Source: Phoronis australis (lineage: Eukaryota > Animalia > Phoronida). Taken from it: DNA of 64,000 nt. This document shows positions 63,339 through 64,000 of this stretch, piece by piece. Each line of letters starts with the position of its first letter. The stretch's first letter is position 1. The position numbers and the translations under genes are program-made. A model generated the notes under the pieces. The model was given only the letters and a program-made list of their open reading frames with translations. It did no database searches and was not told the origin of the DNA. Location of the stretch: contig NMRA01000066.1 of NCBI GenBank assembly GCA_002633005.1, forward strand, positions 1,125,704 to 1,189,703, read 5' to 3'.

Positions 63339-64000
63339 GTGATTACCAGGAAAACTTTAATGCTGGGGATGTTTGATGTTTGTTACAGTAACTGCTTATT
63401 TAGCTTTCATACATTGTGTTGTTTTTACTGTGTGAAAATAAAGGAAATGTAGTGTCTTTGAGAAAATGACAGTAGTGACTTGTCCAGTGTGAACACTGGA
63501 GTTCCCACTGTGTAAACTTTACCCAGCTATGAAGCTATGATATAGTCTTAGTGTAAACATTTTAGGACTGATTCGATGAGTTCTGCACCACTTGGAGTCT
63601 ACTCGTTATTTAGTAAATCTGTTTATGGTGTCTGCATTTCTGTCTGCCGAACCGCTGGAAAGATCCTCATGAAATTAGTGTTGTCGCAGCGACACTCGAA
63701 TCTCGCTTTATTTCCCATAATGCTGCACTATCTAAAAGTTCTGTGTCCTTATTTTCACACTAATGGAGGTTATTATTTTGTAGTTGTATTGTTTTATCTC
63801 GACTGTGTTTTTCTGTACATTGTTCCAATGCCAACAAAGTATTACTGCCGCATTGTGGATGGAACTTCGACTGGATGAAAATTGATAAACTTGACAAATA
63901 TGTGTGGATGTGTGATGTTAAATGCTTTGCCTTCCCTAATCATCAATCAACATGATCAAAAATGATAAAATGCATGTAGATAAAGCAAGTTTGTTAGGTT

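Overview
Eukaryotic (invertebrate animal) genomic DNA: AT-rich, with spliceosomal introns, microsatellites, many MITEs/LINEs/SINEs and one assembly gap. Four spliced protein-coding genes can be built with GT-AG boundaries and consistent phases. (1) A group II metabotropic glutamate receptor (GRM2/3-like, +, 21066-39849) with two candidate alternative last exons. (2) An uncharacterised ~450-aa protein (+, 48900-52878) with an N-terminal membrane anchor, a long disordered linker and a stand-alone domain resembling the dynein heavy-chain microtubule-binding domain; this is the most novel item. (3) A complete NDUFA5 (-, 54400-59879). (4) The 5' part of CPT2 (+, from 60155), head-to-head with NDUFA5. 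Mobile DNA includes a degraded Academ-like transposase, an inverted pair of Kolobok-like elements forming a ~3.3-kb palindrome (THAP and KolX-like remnants), MITEs with 5-bp target-site duplications, L1/Tx1-like and CR1/RTEX-like LINE relics and tRNA-derived SINEs. TACATGTA, which matches a Tc1/mariner excision footprint, is visibly enriched. All family assignments come from recalled motifs, not database searches.
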